A stretch of DNA of 25,851 nucleotides from the UHGV virus genome UHGV-0280754; one strand, given 5' to 3'. This document shows, in pieces, positions 25,528 to 25,851 of this stretch. Made by a program: the position numbers and the translations under genes. The DNA comes from a virus. Position 1 is the first letter of the stretch; every line of letters starts with the position of its first letter. A model generated the notes under the pieces. The model did no database searches. It saw only the letters and a list, made by a program, of their open reading frames with translations, and was not told where the DNA came from.

Positions 25528-25851
25528 ATGTATCAATTTGCTAAATTAAAAAAGGATAAAAATATGGATACAACACCAATAACACATGCAGTATGCGCGG
25601 TTATTGCGCAGATACTGGTTGGCCTTTCTACCGGAAACTGGGCTTACGGTGCGATAGCCGGTTGTACGTTCTTCATTGCGCGTGAACACACCCAGGCAGA
25701 ATATCGCTGGATAGAAAAGTTTGGGAAAGGGAAACGTATCAACCTGCCATGGTGGGGAGGTTTTGATCCACGCGTGTGGGATGTAGGAAGTCTGTTGGAT
25801 TTTTGTTTCCCAATTATCGGATGCTTATTGGTATGGATTCTTGCATCGTAG
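25528..25851 (+). CDS. Small membrane protein (107 aa, two predicted transmembrane helices), start coupled to the tailspike stop (TAAATG)
   Basis: Complete ORF ending with TAG at the window end; hydrophobic segments ITHAVCAVIAQILVGLSTGNWAYGAIAGCTFFIA and VGSLLDFCFPIIGCLLVWILAS; AGGAG upstream; no family recognised. Confidence 0.5.
   Translation: MYQFAKLKKDKNMDTTPITHAVCAVIAQILVGLSTGNWAYGAIAGCTFFIAREHTQAEYRWIEKFGKGKRINLPWWGGFDPRVWDVGSLLDFCFPIIGCLLVWILAS

Larger units (their letters stand above)
1..25851. mobile_element. Segment of a mosaic lambdoid/P22-like temperate phage genome (prophage or phage); neither integrase nor attachment site lies inside the window
   Basis: Uninterrupted same-strand series of recognisable phage genes: nin region, Q, lysis cassette, terminases, portal, scaffold, coat, ejection proteins, mnt/arc/ant, tailspike. 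Confidence 0.9.

Noticed and set aside
1-25851. Scan for tRNA, rRNA, CRISPR repeats, integrase and attachment sites
   Set aside because: No tRNA-like cloverleaf signatures, no regularly spaced direct repeats and no tyrosine or serine recombinase ORF were seen; the prophage ends are presumably outside the window.

Overview
This 25.9-kb window reads as one continuous stretch of a mosaic temperate enterobacterial phage or prophage (E. coli/Shigella/Salmonella type), with the late genes all on the + strand. Left to right: (1) a lambda-type nin region (ninE, ninF, a 73-aa ORF, a DUF1364/YbcO-like ORF, rusA, ninH) ending in an antiterminator Q that I recognise as essentially lambda Q; (2) a pR'-like promoter followed by a short terminated leader; (3) a lambda-type lysis cassette S-R-Rz with embedded Rz1; (4) a ~1.4-kb accessory gap holding a DUF2829-like reading frame interrupted by an in-frame amber codon and an AT-rich moron; (5) a P22/Sf6-type headful packaging and virion module (small and large terminase, portal, scaffold, coat, gp4/gp10/gp26-like tail completion and needle proteins, gp14/gp7/gp20/gp16-like ejection proteins); (6) an immI-like accessory island with a leftward small membrane protein, an AT-rich two-gene cassette (Panacea/DUF4065-domain protein plus an unrecognised 139-aa partner), two tandem Mnt-type ribbon-helix-helix genes, arc, a small Cys-rich ORF, a probable sar-like antisense RNA and ant; (7) a tailspike with a P22-type N-terminal head-binding domain fused to an AT-rich beta-helix body; (8) a small two-helix membrane protein coupled to the tailspike stop. 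The most interesting candidate for an undescribed system is the Panacea-domain pair at 19930-20797. No integrase, att site, tRNA, rRNA or CRISPR array was found. All similarity statements come from reading the translated ORFs and from memory of the named families; no database search or alignment was run, and GC statements are by eye.
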